Counted from the first letter of the stretch, positions 8,541 to 18,424 are shown. The stretch: 64,000 bases of DNA from a bacterium (GCA_030431515.1 JAUIIX010000001.1:67008-131007), one strand, 5' to 3'. Numbers and translations: made by a program. The notes: generated from the sequence alone by a model not told the origin.

Positions 8541-9830
8541 ATGAAAACAAAGCATAAAATAATAAATGGTGATAGCAGGAAAATGAAATTAATTCAAGAT
8601 AAATCTGTTCATCTTGTTGTTACTTCTCCACCTTATTGGCAATTAAAAGATTATGGGACTGAAAAACAAATAGGATTTCATGAGGATTATGAGACATATA
8701 TTAATAGTTTAAATTTAGTATGGAAAGAGTGTTTTAGAGTGCTTGATGATGGATGTCGTATGTGTATTAATATTGGCGACCAGTTTGCAAGAGCAGTCTA
8801 TTATGGTCGATATAAGGTGATTCCTATTAGAACTGAAATTATTAAGTTCTGCGAAAGCATTGGCTTTGATTATATGGGTGCTGTTATTTGGCAAAAACAA
8901 ACTACTACTAATACTACTGGTGGGGCTTCTTTGATGGGTAGTTTTCCTACTCCAAGGAATGGGATTTTGTCAATTGATTATGAATTTATTTTGATATTTA
9001 AAAAACTTGGAAATCAACCCAAAGTTAGCAAAGAAATTAAGGAACAATCCAAAATGACAGTTGAGGAATGGAAAGAGTACTTCTCAGGTCATTGGAATTT
9101 TGGAGGAACTCGCCAAGACGGACATATTGCAATGTTTCCTGAAGAGTTGCCGAAAAGATTAATCAAAATGTTTGCTTTTAAAGGAGAAACAGTTTTAGAC
9201 CCATTTATGGGAAGTGGAACAACTGCACTTGCTGCACGAAATTTGGAAAGAAATTCAATTGGATATGAAATTAATCCTGAATTTATTGATATTATTAAAG
9301 ATAAACTAAATATTGAACAAGCTGATTTTAGTGGTACTAATTACGAGTTTTTAATCGACGATGATAAAATAAATGTAGAAGAAGAATTTGATAAGTTAGA
9401 TTATAAGTTTATTGATTACCAGAAACTTGACAAGAAAATTGACCCTAAAAAACTTCAATTTGGTTCGAAAATAGATGGGGAAAGTAAAAAAAGAGAAGAG
9501 TTTTTCTCAATAAAAGAAATCATTAGTGCAGAATTAATTAAACTTGATAATAATTTAAAAGTAAGATTGATAGGTGTGAAAGAAAAAGAAAGTGTAAACG
9601 GTGATGCTATAAAATACCTTATTGATAAAACAAAAAGTCAGAAAGTATTCTTGAAGTATGACGATAATAAGTATGACGAAGATAATAATTTGATGTGTTA
9701 TATGTATTTAAAAAACAAAACATTTATCAATGCGCATATCATAAAAGATGGATTTGCAGACGCAGACACAAGTTATGAATTTAAGTATAAAGAGAAGTTT
9801 AGTAAATTAGATAGGGAAATTAATGGCTAA
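8541..9830 (+). CDS. Beta-class DNA methyltransferase (probably N4-cytosine) with a C-terminal degenerate SNase-like domain
   Basis: Motif IV TSPPYW lies near the N-terminus and motif I DPFMGSGTTALAA follows it (order IV then I, beta class). The C-terminal ~120 aa align by eye with the staphylococcal nuclease fold: VRLIGV, KVFLKYD, LMCYMYL..FINAHIIKDGFA. Confidence 0.85.
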   Translation: MKTKHKIINGDSRKMKLIQDKSVHLVVTSPPYWQLKDYGTEKQIGFHEDYETYINSLNLVWKECFRVLDDGCRMCINIGDQFARAVYYGRYKVIPIRTEIIKFCESIGFDYMGAVIWQKQTTTNTTGGASLMGSFPTPRNGILSIDYEFILIFKKLGNQPKVSKEIKEQSKMTVEEWKEYFSGHWNFGGTRQDGHIAMFPEELPKRLIKMFAFKGETVLDPFMGSGTTALAARNLERNSIGYEINPEFIDIIKDKLNIEQADFSGTNYEFLIDDDKINVEEEFDKLDYKFIDYQKLDKKIDPKKLQFGSKIDGESKKREEFFSIKEIISAELIKLDNNLKVRLIGVKEKESVNGDAIKYLIDKTKSQKVFLKYDDNKYDEDNNLMCYMYLKNKTFINAHIIKDGFADADTSYEFKYKEKFSKLDREING

Positions 9831-10512
9831 GTTTTCAAAAGAATTTGGGAAAAAAGAAAAAGTACTGAACTACGCTACTCAAACATATCAATTATCAAGA
9901 CCTAATAAAGTTGGGCAAGTAATGGCATTAATTCGTGAATGCCAACCAAAAACTTTTGATGAATGGGAAAAATGGTATTTTAAAAATGCTTTGACTAATA
10001 ATAAAGATAAGACTAAAATCACAAAAGGTTTGCTCGATGAACTTGGTGAACGGCTTTATGATAAAATTACTTCTATTGTTATTCCAGAATGGACAGAAGC
10101 ATTTAATCAACTGACCTTAGAAGACTGTAAAGAATATATCTATAATCTAACAATCAATAGAACTTATGACGGATATATCAGGGAAAAGTCTGTTATTGAA
10201 GATAACTTAGCTAAAGTTTTCAAAGAAGTAAATTTTGAAGAAAGCGACCCTGAATTAGATCATGCTGGAGATATTGATTATTTAGGTTTTGTTGGTGATT
10301 ATGCTTTTGGAATTCAAATAAAACCTGTTACTGCTCAAGCAAATTTTGGAAATTATTCGCCTTCTGAAAGAATGAAAAATAGTTTTGAATCATTCAATAA
10401 GAAGTATAAAGGAAATGTATTTATTATATTTAGCGTTAAGGGTGAAATTGAACATAAAGAACAAATTATAAATGATATTCAATCTGAAATTGATAGACTT
10501 AAAAGTCTTTAA
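9823..10512 (+). CDS. Putative type II restriction endonuclease (PD-(D/E)xK-like)
   Basis: Its start overlaps the methyltransferase stop by 8 nt. Candidate nuclease core: DHAGDIDYLG...FGIQIKP. The family assignment is from context plus motif only. Confidence 0.6.
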   Translation: MAKFSKEFGKKEKVLNYATQTYQLSRPNKVGQVMALIRECQPKTFDEWEKWYFKNALTNNKDKTKITKGLLDELGERLYDKITSIVIPEWTEAFNQLTLEDCKEYIYNLTINRTYDGYIREKSVIEDNLAKVFKEVNFEESDPELDHAGDIDYLGFVGDYAFGIQIKPVTAQANFGNYSPSERMKNSFESFNKKYKGNVFIIFSVKGEIEHKEQIINDIQSEIDRLKSL

Positions 10513-10526
10513 ATTTTTAAAAATAA

Positions 10527-11099
10527 TTAAAAAAATAGATATTGTTTCCAACTTTGTTCTACATTTCCAATTGTACTTTTTAGAAAGACAATATAGTTAG
10601 GTTTTCTGGGAGTAGATTTTAATTTCATATTTGCTTCTTTTGGGGTTAAGTTTCCTTTTGAATTATTACATCTAATACAAGCAGCAACTAAATTTTCCCA
10701 AGTATCTTCTCCACCTCTCGACTTAGGAATGATATGGTCTATTGTTAATTGTAATTTTGAGCCGCAATATTGACAAGTATTATTATCTCGTTTTATTATA
10801 TTTCTTTTAGATATTTCAACTGAACGATAAGGGATTTTTACATAATCTTGCAATTTGATAACGCTTGGTAATGCGAACTTTCTATTCACTGTTCGGATAT
10901 ACTTATTTCTGTATGATTCAAGTAAGTCAGCTTTAGCAAGGAAAATAAGAGCCATTGCTCTTTGAGGAGAGCATACTGTTAATGGTTCATAACTCTGATT
11001 TAATACAAGAACCCTACTTGAAAATATTGCATTCAGATGTGCTATATTTCTGTTTTCAGATGCTGCCAATTCTTGATTAATATCTTCGAAAATTACCAC
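10527..11099 (-). CDS. HNH endonuclease
   Basis: CQYCG...LTIDHIIPKSRGG..TWENLVAACIRCNNSKG is a classic HNH with a CxxC...CxxC zinc site. The N-terminal VLVLNQSYEPL block is typical of a widespread ~180-aa HNH family. Confidence 0.85.
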   Translation of the reverse strand: MVIFEDINQELAASENRNIAHLNAIFSSRVLVLNQSYEPLTVCSPQRAMALIFLAKADLLESYRNKYIRTVNRKFALPSVIKLQDYVKIPYRSVEISKRNIIKRDNNTCQYCGSKLQLTIDHIIPKSRGGEDTWENLVAACIRCNNSKGNLTPKEANMKLKSTPRKPNYIVFLKSTIGNVEQSWKQYLFF

Positions 11100-11188
11100 C
11101 TTTTATTTTTTTTCGTAAATTTGAATATTATAATTTACATAATTATATTTTATAATAACGTTTTATTTGAAAATAAATTATTGCGAGA

Positions 11189-12355
11189 ATGATTAAATCA
11201 GAAATTAAAGAAAATAGTCCAGTATTAATTGGGATTTTAGGAGCAGGTCAATTAGCTAAGATGTTGGCATTAGAAGCATATAAGTTGGGTATGAATGTAG
11301 CCACAATTGATGGCTCTGCAAATACCCCAGCTGGAGATATGACAAGCAATGAGTTTGTTAACGGTTGGAATGATGAAGGTGAACTCGATAGTTTTATAGA
11401 AAAAGCTGATATAATAACATTAGAGAATGAGTTTATTGACCCCAAAATTTTAGCTTATATTGAAAGAAGCAAAGTTGTTTATCCATCTTCAAAAACTATT
11501 TCACTTATTCAAGATAAATTTATTCAAAAGAATACTTTTAAAAATGCAGGAATTAACGTTCCAAATTATGCTGAAATTAATAGTATTGAAGATGCTAAAA
11601 GTTTTGGAAAAAAATTTGGATTTCCTTTCTTGTTAAAAGCTAGAAAATTTAGTTATGATGGCTATGGGAATTATACCGTTAAAAATGAAGAAGATGCAGA
11701 AAAAGGTTTTTTACATTTTAACCCAGATAATTCTGGCGAAAGACCTCTTTACGCCGAGCAATTTGTGAATTTCAAGAAAGAATTAGCTGTTATGGTTGTC
11801 CGTAGTAGCAAGAATGAAGTTTTGACTTACCCTTGTGTAGAAACTATACAAAAAAATCATATTTGTCACGAGGTAATCGCTCCAGCAGAAATTGAAGCAA
11901 AATATCAAAAACAAGCCCAAGAACTTGCAGTTAAATGTGTTGAAGCAATTGACGGAGTTGGTGTTTTTGGTATTGAAATGTTTATAGATGAAGATAATAA
12001 AATCTTAGTTAATGAAATAGCTCCAAGACCTCATAATTCTGGACATTATACAATTGAAGCTTGTTATACATCTCAATATGAAAATGGACTACGTGCAATA
12101 TTAGGATTACCACTTGGATCTACTGAAATGGTTAATAATTATGCAGTTATGATTAATTTACTTGGTGAAAGAGAAGGTAGTGGTGTTCCGAGCAATGTAC
12201 TTGACTTATTAAAAAGGAATAAAGTAAAACTACATCTTTATAATAAGAAAAGCTCGAGAGTTGGTAGAAAAATGGGACACATTACTTTAATAGGTAATGA
12301 CTTGGAAGAAATTAGAAAAGAAGCAAATTTAGCTTTTGAATCTCTTATTTGGTAA
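11189..12355 (+). CDS. purK: N5-carboxyaminoimidazole ribonucleotide synthase
   Basis: ATP-grasp motifs: GILGAGQLAKM, IQDKFIQK, FPFLLKARKFSYDGYGN, VNEIAPRPHNSGHYT, GRKMGHITL. Confidence 0.9.
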   Translation: MIKSEIKENSPVLIGILGAGQLAKMLALEAYKLGMNVATIDGSANTPAGDMTSNEFVNGWNDEGELDSFIEKADIITLENEFIDPKILAYIERSKVVYPSSKTISLIQDKFIQKNTFKNAGINVPNYAEINSIEDAKSFGKKFGFPFLLKARKFSYDGYGNYTVKNEEDAEKGFLHFNPDNSGERPLYAEQFVNFKKELAVMVVRSSKNEVLTYPCVETIQKNHICHEVIAPAEIEAKYQKQAQELAVKCVEAIDGVGVFGIEMFIDEDNKILVNEIAPRPHNSGHYTIEACYTSQYENGLRAILGLPLGSTEMVNNYAVMINLLGEREGSGVPSNVLDLLKRNKVKLHLYNKKSSRVGRKMGHITLIGNDLEEIRKEANLAFESLIW

Positions 12356-12378
12356 TTTATTTTTTTTTAGGAATAATA

Positions 12379-13176
12379 ATGAATTTACTCTTTATTGGTG
12401 ATATAGTAGGTGATGACGCATTAGATTTTTTGGTTAGTAATTTAGATGAATTAAAATCAAAATATAAACCTGATGTGTTGGTTGCAAATGGCGAGAACGT
12501 TTGGAATGGGAAAGGAATTAACGAACAAGAAGCTCAAATTTTATTTGATGCAGGTTTTTCTGTAATTACTACGGGAAATCATATTTGGGAGAATTGGAAA
12601 TCAAGACCACTTCTTGCTACTAATAATAATGTTTTAAGACCTTTAAACTATCCTTCTGGAAACCCAGGGAAAGGATATATAATATTTGAAGTTAATGATA
12701 TTAAAATTGCTGTAATTCAATTGCAAGGTAGGACTTTTATGCAGTCAATTGATTGTCCATTTAAGTCTGCTGAGAATGCTATTAAAAACATTAAGAAATA
12801 TACTAATAATATATTTATAGACTTCCACGCCGAAGCAACTGCTGAGAAAATGGCATTTGCAAAGCACTTTGATGGAGAAGCAACTGCAATTATTGGAACT
12901 CATACTCATATTCCAACTGCAGATTCGCAGATATTACCAAAAGGTAGTGCTTATATTTCTGATGTAGGAATGACAGGACCTCACGATTCGGTAATAGGTA
13001 TGGATACTGAAATCGCTATTAGAAGATATATTCTACAAACTGCTCATAAATACGAGATGGCAAAAAATGATATGAAGATTAATGGTATTTCTATTAATTT
13101 TGATGAAGAAACTGGACAAGCATACTCAATAGAACATTTTACTTATCCTAAATTTATTAATTCAATTGGTGTTTAA
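12379..13176 (+). CDS. ymdB: YmdB-like metallophosphoesterase (TIGR00282 family)
   Basis: Motifs MNLLFIGDIVG, ANGENVWNGKGI, TTGNHIWE, DFHAEATAEK, GTHTHIPTAD and DVGMTGP. I prefer the ATG at 12379 to the TTG at 12349, which overlaps purK. Confidence 0.85.
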   Translation: MNLLFIGDIVGDDALDFLVSNLDELKSKYKPDVLVANGENVWNGKGINEQEAQILFDAGFSVITTGNHIWENWKSRPLLATNNNVLRPLNYPSGNPGKGYIIFEVNDIKIAVIQLQGRTFMQSIDCPFKSAENAIKNIKKYTNNIFIDFHAEATAEKMAFAKHFDGEATAIIGTHTHIPTADSQILPKGSAYISDVGMTGPHDSVIGMDTEIAIRRYILQTAHKYEMAKNDMKINGISINFDEETGQAYSIEHFTYPKFINSIGV

Positions 13177-14163
13177 ATGGCTCATAATATAGCTATAGTT
13201 GGTGCGACTGGCTTAGTTGGTCGTACGATGCTTAAATTATTAGAAGAAAGAAATATTGTAGTTGGAAATTTAAAACTACTTGCTTCAAGTAAATCTGCTG
13301 GTGCAACTATCATGTTCAAAGGTGATGAATATGTAGTGGAGGAACTAACAGAAGATTCTTTCGAAGGTGTTGATATTGCGTTATTTTCTGCTGGTGGAGA
13401 TACAAGTAAGAAGTATGCCCCAATCGCAGCTAAAAACAAAACTATCGTTATTGATAATAGTTCTGCTTGGAGAATGGATAAAAACTGTCCTTTAGTAGTA
13501 CCAGAGGTTAATCCTGAAGCATTAAAAGACCATAATTATATTATAGCAAATCCTAATTGCTCAACTATTCAATTAGTAGTTGCTCTAAAACCAATTATGG
13601 ATTCTGTTGGCTTAGAATCTGTGATTTGTTCTACTTATCAATCGATAAGTGGTGCAGGTCAAAAAGGAGTTGATAAGCTAACTCAAGAGATTAACGACCA
13701 CTTTTATTCTGATGGCTCATTGCGAATTGCATACAATACTTTATTTCATCCACTTGAACCTAATGGAAATACAAATGAAGAAAATAAAATGCACGCAGAA
13801 ACTCGCAAGATACTTGGCACAAATGAAATTAAAACAAGTTTCACTTGTGTAAGGTTACCTATTTTAGGTGGACACGCAGAGTCAGTTCAAGTTAAAACAA
13901 AAAAAGATGTAAGTTTAAAAGAAATGAAGTCAATATTAAGTAATGCAGAAGGACTTGAATTTGTAGAAGAAGGACCAAATTTCCATTATCCTACTACCCA
14001 AGATGCTGAGCATTCAGACTTAGTATATGTTGGTAGAGTTAGAAAAGAAGAACATTTCGATAATACATTTGATTTATGGGTTGTAGCTGATAATCTAAGA
14101 AAAGGTGCTGCTACAAATGCTGTACAAATTGCACAAAAAATGATTGAAATGGGTTTAGTTTAA
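13177..14163 (+). CDS. asd: Aspartate-semialdehyde dehydrogenase
   Basis: Motifs VGATGLVGR, NPNCSTIQL, SGAGQKG and ADNLRKGAATNAVQIA. Confidence 0.92.
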   Translation: MAHNIAIVGATGLVGRTMLKLLEERNIVVGNLKLLASSKSAGATIMFKGDEYVVEELTEDSFEGVDIALFSAGGDTSKKYAPIAAKNKTIVIDNSSAWRMDKNCPLVVPEVNPEALKDHNYIIANPNCSTIQLVVALKPIMDSVGLESVICSTYQSISGAGQKGVDKLTQEINDHFYSDGSLRIAYNTLFHPLEPNGNTNEENKMHAETRKILGTNEIKTSFTCVRLPILGGHAESVQVKTKKDVSLKEMKSILSNAEGLEFVEEGPNFHYPTTQDAEHSDLVYVGRVRKEEHFDNTFDLWVVADNLRKGAATNAVQIAQKMIEMGLV

Positions 14164-14192
14164 GAATTATACTTATTTATAAAACAGAAAAT

Positions 14193-14219
14193 CCTCTAAT
14201 CAATTAGAGGGTTTTTTTT
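14193..14219 (+). terminator. Intrinsic terminator after asd
   Basis: CCTCTAA-TCAA-TTAGAGG followed by G and T8. It abuts the 3' end of the convergent kinase gene. Confidence 0.65.
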
Positions 14220-16143
14220 ATGTCAAAGTTTCTTTTTCAACTACTTCATATTCACCTAAGGGAAAAGTCATTTTAAAAGTTGATCCAACATTTTCTTCTG
14301 ATTCAACTTCTATCTTTCCATTTAGAGCCTCAACATATCTTTTTACAATAGATAAACCTAAACCTGTTCCTTCTATTGCACCAACATTACCGCTCCTAAA
14401 GAAAGGTTCAAACAATTGATTTAAGTCTTCTTCTGGAATACCAATTCCCTCATCTATGATGACTATTTTCATAGTGTTGTTTACTACTTCTAAACTCATT
14501 GTAATAGTTGTGTCTTTTCCAGAATATTTTGCTGCGTTATGAATTATATTTTTAAGGATATGATTCATTAATTTTTCATCAGTGCTAAAAGTCAAACTTT
14601 TATAATTACAAATACATATAAAGTTATGATTTGTTTTATCAATAAACTTGATTTCTTTTACAATTTCATTCGCTAGATCAATTATATCAACACTATTAAA
14701 TGTAACTTTTGAGACGTCATTTTCAGACTTTCCTATTTTGAGTACATCCTCTAATAATAAAGTCATAGATTGAACAGATTTTTGAATTTTAAAAAGTCCA
14801 TTAGAAAACTTTTCTTCATCTTGGCTTCTAAAATAATGTTCGAGTAGATATGAAGTTGATAAAATAACAGTTAAAGGTGTTCTATATTCATGAGAAATCA
14901 TTGAAACAAAACGTGATTTAAGTTCTGAAAATTCTTTTTCTATTTTTAAAGATTCGATAAGTTCATTCTTAGCAGACAAAAGTTCGATTTCAGTTTTAGA
15001 CTTTTCTTTTATTTCCATTCTTAACTCATTCATTGCATCTTCAAGTTGAGCAGTTCTATCTTCTACTAATTTAGTTAATTTTTCTTTTATTTCTTCATCT
15101 TTTTCTTCTTTCTTTTTTCTATCAGTGATATCTCGACAAATTGTAACAAAATATTCTTCATTGTCAACAACAACTACTTTTAATTTATTTTCAGTTTTAA
15201 ATGTATTTCCATTTTTATCAATATGTTCAGACTCAAAAACTAAACTTTCCTGGCTAATTGCTAAGTCTACTCTATCATCTTTTAATTTTAAGTATTTCTC
15301 AGTTATAAAATCATATTTATTATAACTAAATAAATCATTCTTATCAAAGCCATATTTTTCAATAGCAGCATTATTTGCACCAACAATTTGTCCATCTTTT
15401 TTATGAATAACAATATAATCCAATACATTATCAAAAATAGTTTTATATCTAAACTTAGAAAACTCTAATTTTTCTTGTGTTTTCTCTCTTATTGTTGCTT
15501 CTTCTTTTAGTCGCTCTATCAGTTTCACTTGTTCTGCATGTTCTATTAATAATTTTGTAGATTGCTCTACAGACAAGTCTGCATTGTTATGAATAAATAA
15601 ACTTGTATTCCTTACTACAATAATTGTAAAAACTGAGACAATAAAATAAATAAAAATAAGTTTTGGTAAGTATATCCCATTTATATTATAAAAAACACCC
15701 TTATATTCAACTTCACCAAAGTTGACCACAATTAGAATAATTATACATGAAAGAACTAAGCTGAGATATGAAGTTTTATAACCTTTATGAAATGCAATAT
15801 AAATCATTAAAAACAAGAACCATATAAAAAAATATAAACCAATATATGAAGAATATATACAAACAAGAGAAATTAAAAGAATAAAGAGGTTTATTTTTAT
15901 ATTTATATTTTTTGGATTATAAAATCTTAGAGAAAGAGTATAAACTAAACTAATAAGAATTAGAATTATATTTATAGGGTTCTTGTCAATAATTAATTCT
16001 AATACAAGGAGTAAAAAGAATATTAGGATAGCTCCAAGCTCAGTTGCCGTTGTAAGATGGAGTAACAAGTATTTGTAATCTTGTTTGGTATCTATATTTG
16101 GAATTAGAAATTTCTTAAGATATGAAGTAGATAAAATATTCAT
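14218..16143 (-). CDS. Membrane sensor histidine kinase (multi-TM N-terminus, PAS, HisKA, HATPase_c), paralogue 1
   Basis: About 190 aa of hydrophobic helices, then a PAS-like region, a coiled coil, the H-box MISHEYRTPL, the N-box HNAAKYS, and DEGIGI / GTGLGLSIV. Confidence 0.85.
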   Translation of the reverse strand: MNILSTSYLKKFLIPNIDTKQDYKYLLLHLTTATELGAILIFFLLLVLELIIDKNPINIILILISLVYTLSLRFYNPKNINIKINLFILLISLVCIYSSYIGLYFFIWFLFLMIYIAFHKGYKTSYLSLVLSCIIILIVVNFGEVEYKGVFYNINGIYLPKLIFIYFIVSVFTIIVVRNTSLFIHNNADLSVEQSTKLLIEHAEQVKLIERLKEEATIREKTQEKLEFSKFRYKTIFDNVLDYIVIHKKDGQIVGANNAAIEKYGFDKNDLFSYNKYDFITEKYLKLKDDRVDLAISQESLVFESEHIDKNGNTFKTENKLKVVVVDNEEYFVTICRDITDRKKKEEKDEEIKEKLTKLVEDRTAQLEDAMNELRMEIKEKSKTEIELLSAKNELIESLKIEKEFSELKSRFVSMISHEYRTPLTVILSTSYLLEHYFRSQDEEKFSNGLFKIQKSVQSMTLLLEDVLKIGKSENDVSKVTFNSVDIIDLANEIVKEIKFIDKTNHNFICICNYKSLTFSTDEKLMNHILKNIIHNAAKYSGKDTTITMSLEVVNNTMKIVIIDEGIGIPEEDLNQLFEPFFRSGNVGAIEGTGLGLSIVKRYVEALNGKIEVESEENVGSTFKMTFPLGEYEVVEKETLT

Positions 16144-16406
16144 TAAAAGCCCCTTAAAAGTCTATTAACAGTATTTTTGTTTTCCGAAAATTACAAATGA
16201 TTTTGATAATTTCCAAATAATCAATTGATATTAACTTCATAACTTTGTTAAATTTATTAGATTTTAAAAATTAAAACTTTTTATTTAAAATGAAACAGAA
16301 AATATTGAGACACTATTAGAAACAATAATCAGTTAATATTCTTTATTAATGTTGAGTTATAATGTGTAAATAATTATGATTTAAAAAAAATATATGGATT
16401 CAATTA

Positions 16407-18338
16407 TTACGTATGTTGTTTATCATCTTTCTCAACTATTTCATACTCGCCTAAAGGTAAAGTAAGTTTGAATGTAGATCCAACATTTTCAACAGACTCG
16501 ACTTCAATTATACCATTAAGTGCTTCGATATATCTCTTAGTAAGTGACAAACCTAATCCAGTACCTTCTCTCGCTCCAACATTATCACTTCTAAAAAATG
16601 GTTCAAACAAATGTTCCAAAGAGTCATTTGGAATACCAATCCCCTCATCAACAACTATGATAATCATTTTATTCCCATCTATATCCAAGGACAAAGTAAT
16701 TGATTTATCTTTTTCAGAATACTTACAAGCATTATGAACTAAATTTCTTAAAATATGAAAAAATAATTTCTCATCAGAATTAATTATAAGTGATTTTATA
16801 TTGGTATTGATTATATAATTATGTGTTATTTTTTCTATAGACTTAATCTCATCCATTACCTCGCAAATAGTATTAACAACATCAAATCTTTGAATCATTA
16901 ATTTTGAAATTTGGTTTTCTGATTTACCTATTTCCATTACATCTTCTAAAAGGGTTGTCATAGATTGAACAGATTTTTGGATTCTTTCTATATTCTGCAT
17001 AAATTTATCTCTTTCCTGGCTGTCAAAATAATGCTCTAAAATATAAGTGTTTGATAATATTACTGTCAAAGGAGTTCTATATTCATGTGAAATCATTGCA
17101 ACAAAACGAGTTTTTAGTTCAGAATACTCTTTTTCAACTTCTAAAGAATGTAATAGATCATCTTTAGCATTCATCAATTCTTGTTCAGTTTTTGATTTAT
17201 TTTGTATTTCTACTCTTAACTCATTCATCGCATCTTCAAGTTGAGCTGTTCTATCTTCAACCATCTGTTTTAATTTGCTTTTAATTTCTTCATCTTTTTC
17301 TTCTTTCTTTTTCCTTGCAGATATATCCTTAATTATAATCATCAATACTTCTTGACCTTCAAATTGTATATATCTTGAAGATATTTCTGTATTAAATGTT
17401 TCATTATTTTTATCAATATGCTCTGATTCAAAATAATGTTGTCCTTTTTCTTTTATTTCAAATAATCTTTGAGGTACATTTTTTCTATATTCTGGAGTAA
17501 TTAAGTCAAAATAGACTTTATTCTCAAAGAAATCATTATCTAAACCATATTTCTTAATTGCACTTTCATTAGCAAGTATAATTTTACCATCTTTTTTTAC
17601 TAATATTATACTATCACTCACATTATTAATAATATTTTTGAAGTATTCCTTAGATTCTTCTAAATTTAATCTGATTTTTTCATTAATTTCAGCTTCTTCT
17701 TTTAGTTGTTTAATCAGTCGTTCTTGTTCCTGTTCTTTCGAGGACAATTCTCCTGTCTGGTGGAGAGATAAATCTATCTTAAGTTTTAATAATTTAATAA
17801 CTTCATGAAATAATATTATTGTAGAAATTGATATTAGGGTATAAACGAATAAGATTCTTGGTACTATAATACCAAATACAATATCAGATTTTCCAAAATA
17901 CTTGGTAGAAAAATAATTTGAAAAAATCAGCATTATGATAATAGTTATTAGTAAATTAAAAAAGGATATGCTAATTTTCTTAAAAACTAAGATATAAAAT
18001 ATTAAATAAAAATAAAAAATATAGAAATATGAACCAGATATTGTTGCAAATAAACAAACAGTATAAAGAAGGATTATAAATAAATTTACTTTTAATTCTT
18101 TTAAAGTAGGGTTTATTAGCTTTAAAACTAAAGAAAGACTAAATCCAAATAAAAAATACCAAGTGCTATAGTCATTAAAGGGGATAAATAAATCTAAAAT
18201 AAGTATAATACTGAATACTGTCAAAGCTAATAATTCAGTTAGATGTATTATTTTCATAAGTACAAAATCAAAATCTTCACCGATATTAAAATCAGGTAAA
18301 ATTAATTTCTTAATTTTGTGAAGTATTTTCTCTTGCAT
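16407..18338 (-). CDS. Membrane sensor histidine kinase, paralogue 2
   Basis: Same architecture as 14218..16143. Long identical blocks, for example RKKKEEKDEEIK and VEDRTAQLEDAMNELR. H-box MISHEYRTPLTVILS. Confidence 0.85.
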   Translation of the reverse strand: MQEKILHKIKKLILPDFNIGEDFDFVLMKIIHLTELLALTVFSIILILDLFIPFNDYSTWYFLFGFSLSLVLKLINPTLKELKVNLFIILLYTVCLFATISGSYFYIFYFYLIFYILVFKKISISFFNLLITIIIMLIFSNYFSTKYFGKSDIVFGIIVPRILFVYTLISISTIILFHEVIKLLKLKIDLSLHQTGELSSKEQEQERLIKQLKEEAEINEKIRLNLEESKEYFKNIINNVSDSIILVKKDGKIILANESAIKKYGLDNDFFENKVYFDLITPEYRKNVPQRLFEIKEKGQHYFESEHIDKNNETFNTEISSRYIQFEGQEVLMIIIKDISARKKKEEKDEEIKSKLKQMVEDRTAQLEDAMNELRVEIQNKSKTEQELMNAKDDLLHSLEVEKEYSELKTRFVAMISHEYRTPLTVILSNTYILEHYFDSQERDKFMQNIERIQKSVQSMTTLLEDVMEIGKSENQISKLMIQRFDVVNTICEVMDEIKSIEKITHNYIINTNIKSLIINSDEKLFFHILRNLVHNACKYSEKDKSITLSLDIDGNKMIIIVVDEGIGIPNDSLEHLFEPFFRSDNVGAREGTGLGLSLTKRYIEALNGIIEVESVENVGSTFKLTLPLGEYEIVEKDDKQHT

Positions 18339-18424
18339 TTTTAAAACAGTTTGTAAATAAACTTTTAATATATTTTAATCTTAATATTACAAATTATGAA
18401 ATTAGTTTTAATAAACAAAATATT

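Noticed and set aside
8541-11099. The R-M plus HNH region as a mobile genomic island
   Set aside because: I found no integrase, transposase, flanking direct repeats or tRNA target, and the composition looks like the rest of the window by eye. Acquisition remains possible but is not supported from the sequence alone.
12349-12378. TTG start at 12349 for the YmdB-like gene, as in the ORF track
   Set aside because: It would add a hydrophobic MVIYFFLGII extension that overlaps purK. The family's conserved N-terminus, MNLLFIGDIVG, begins at the ATG at 12379.
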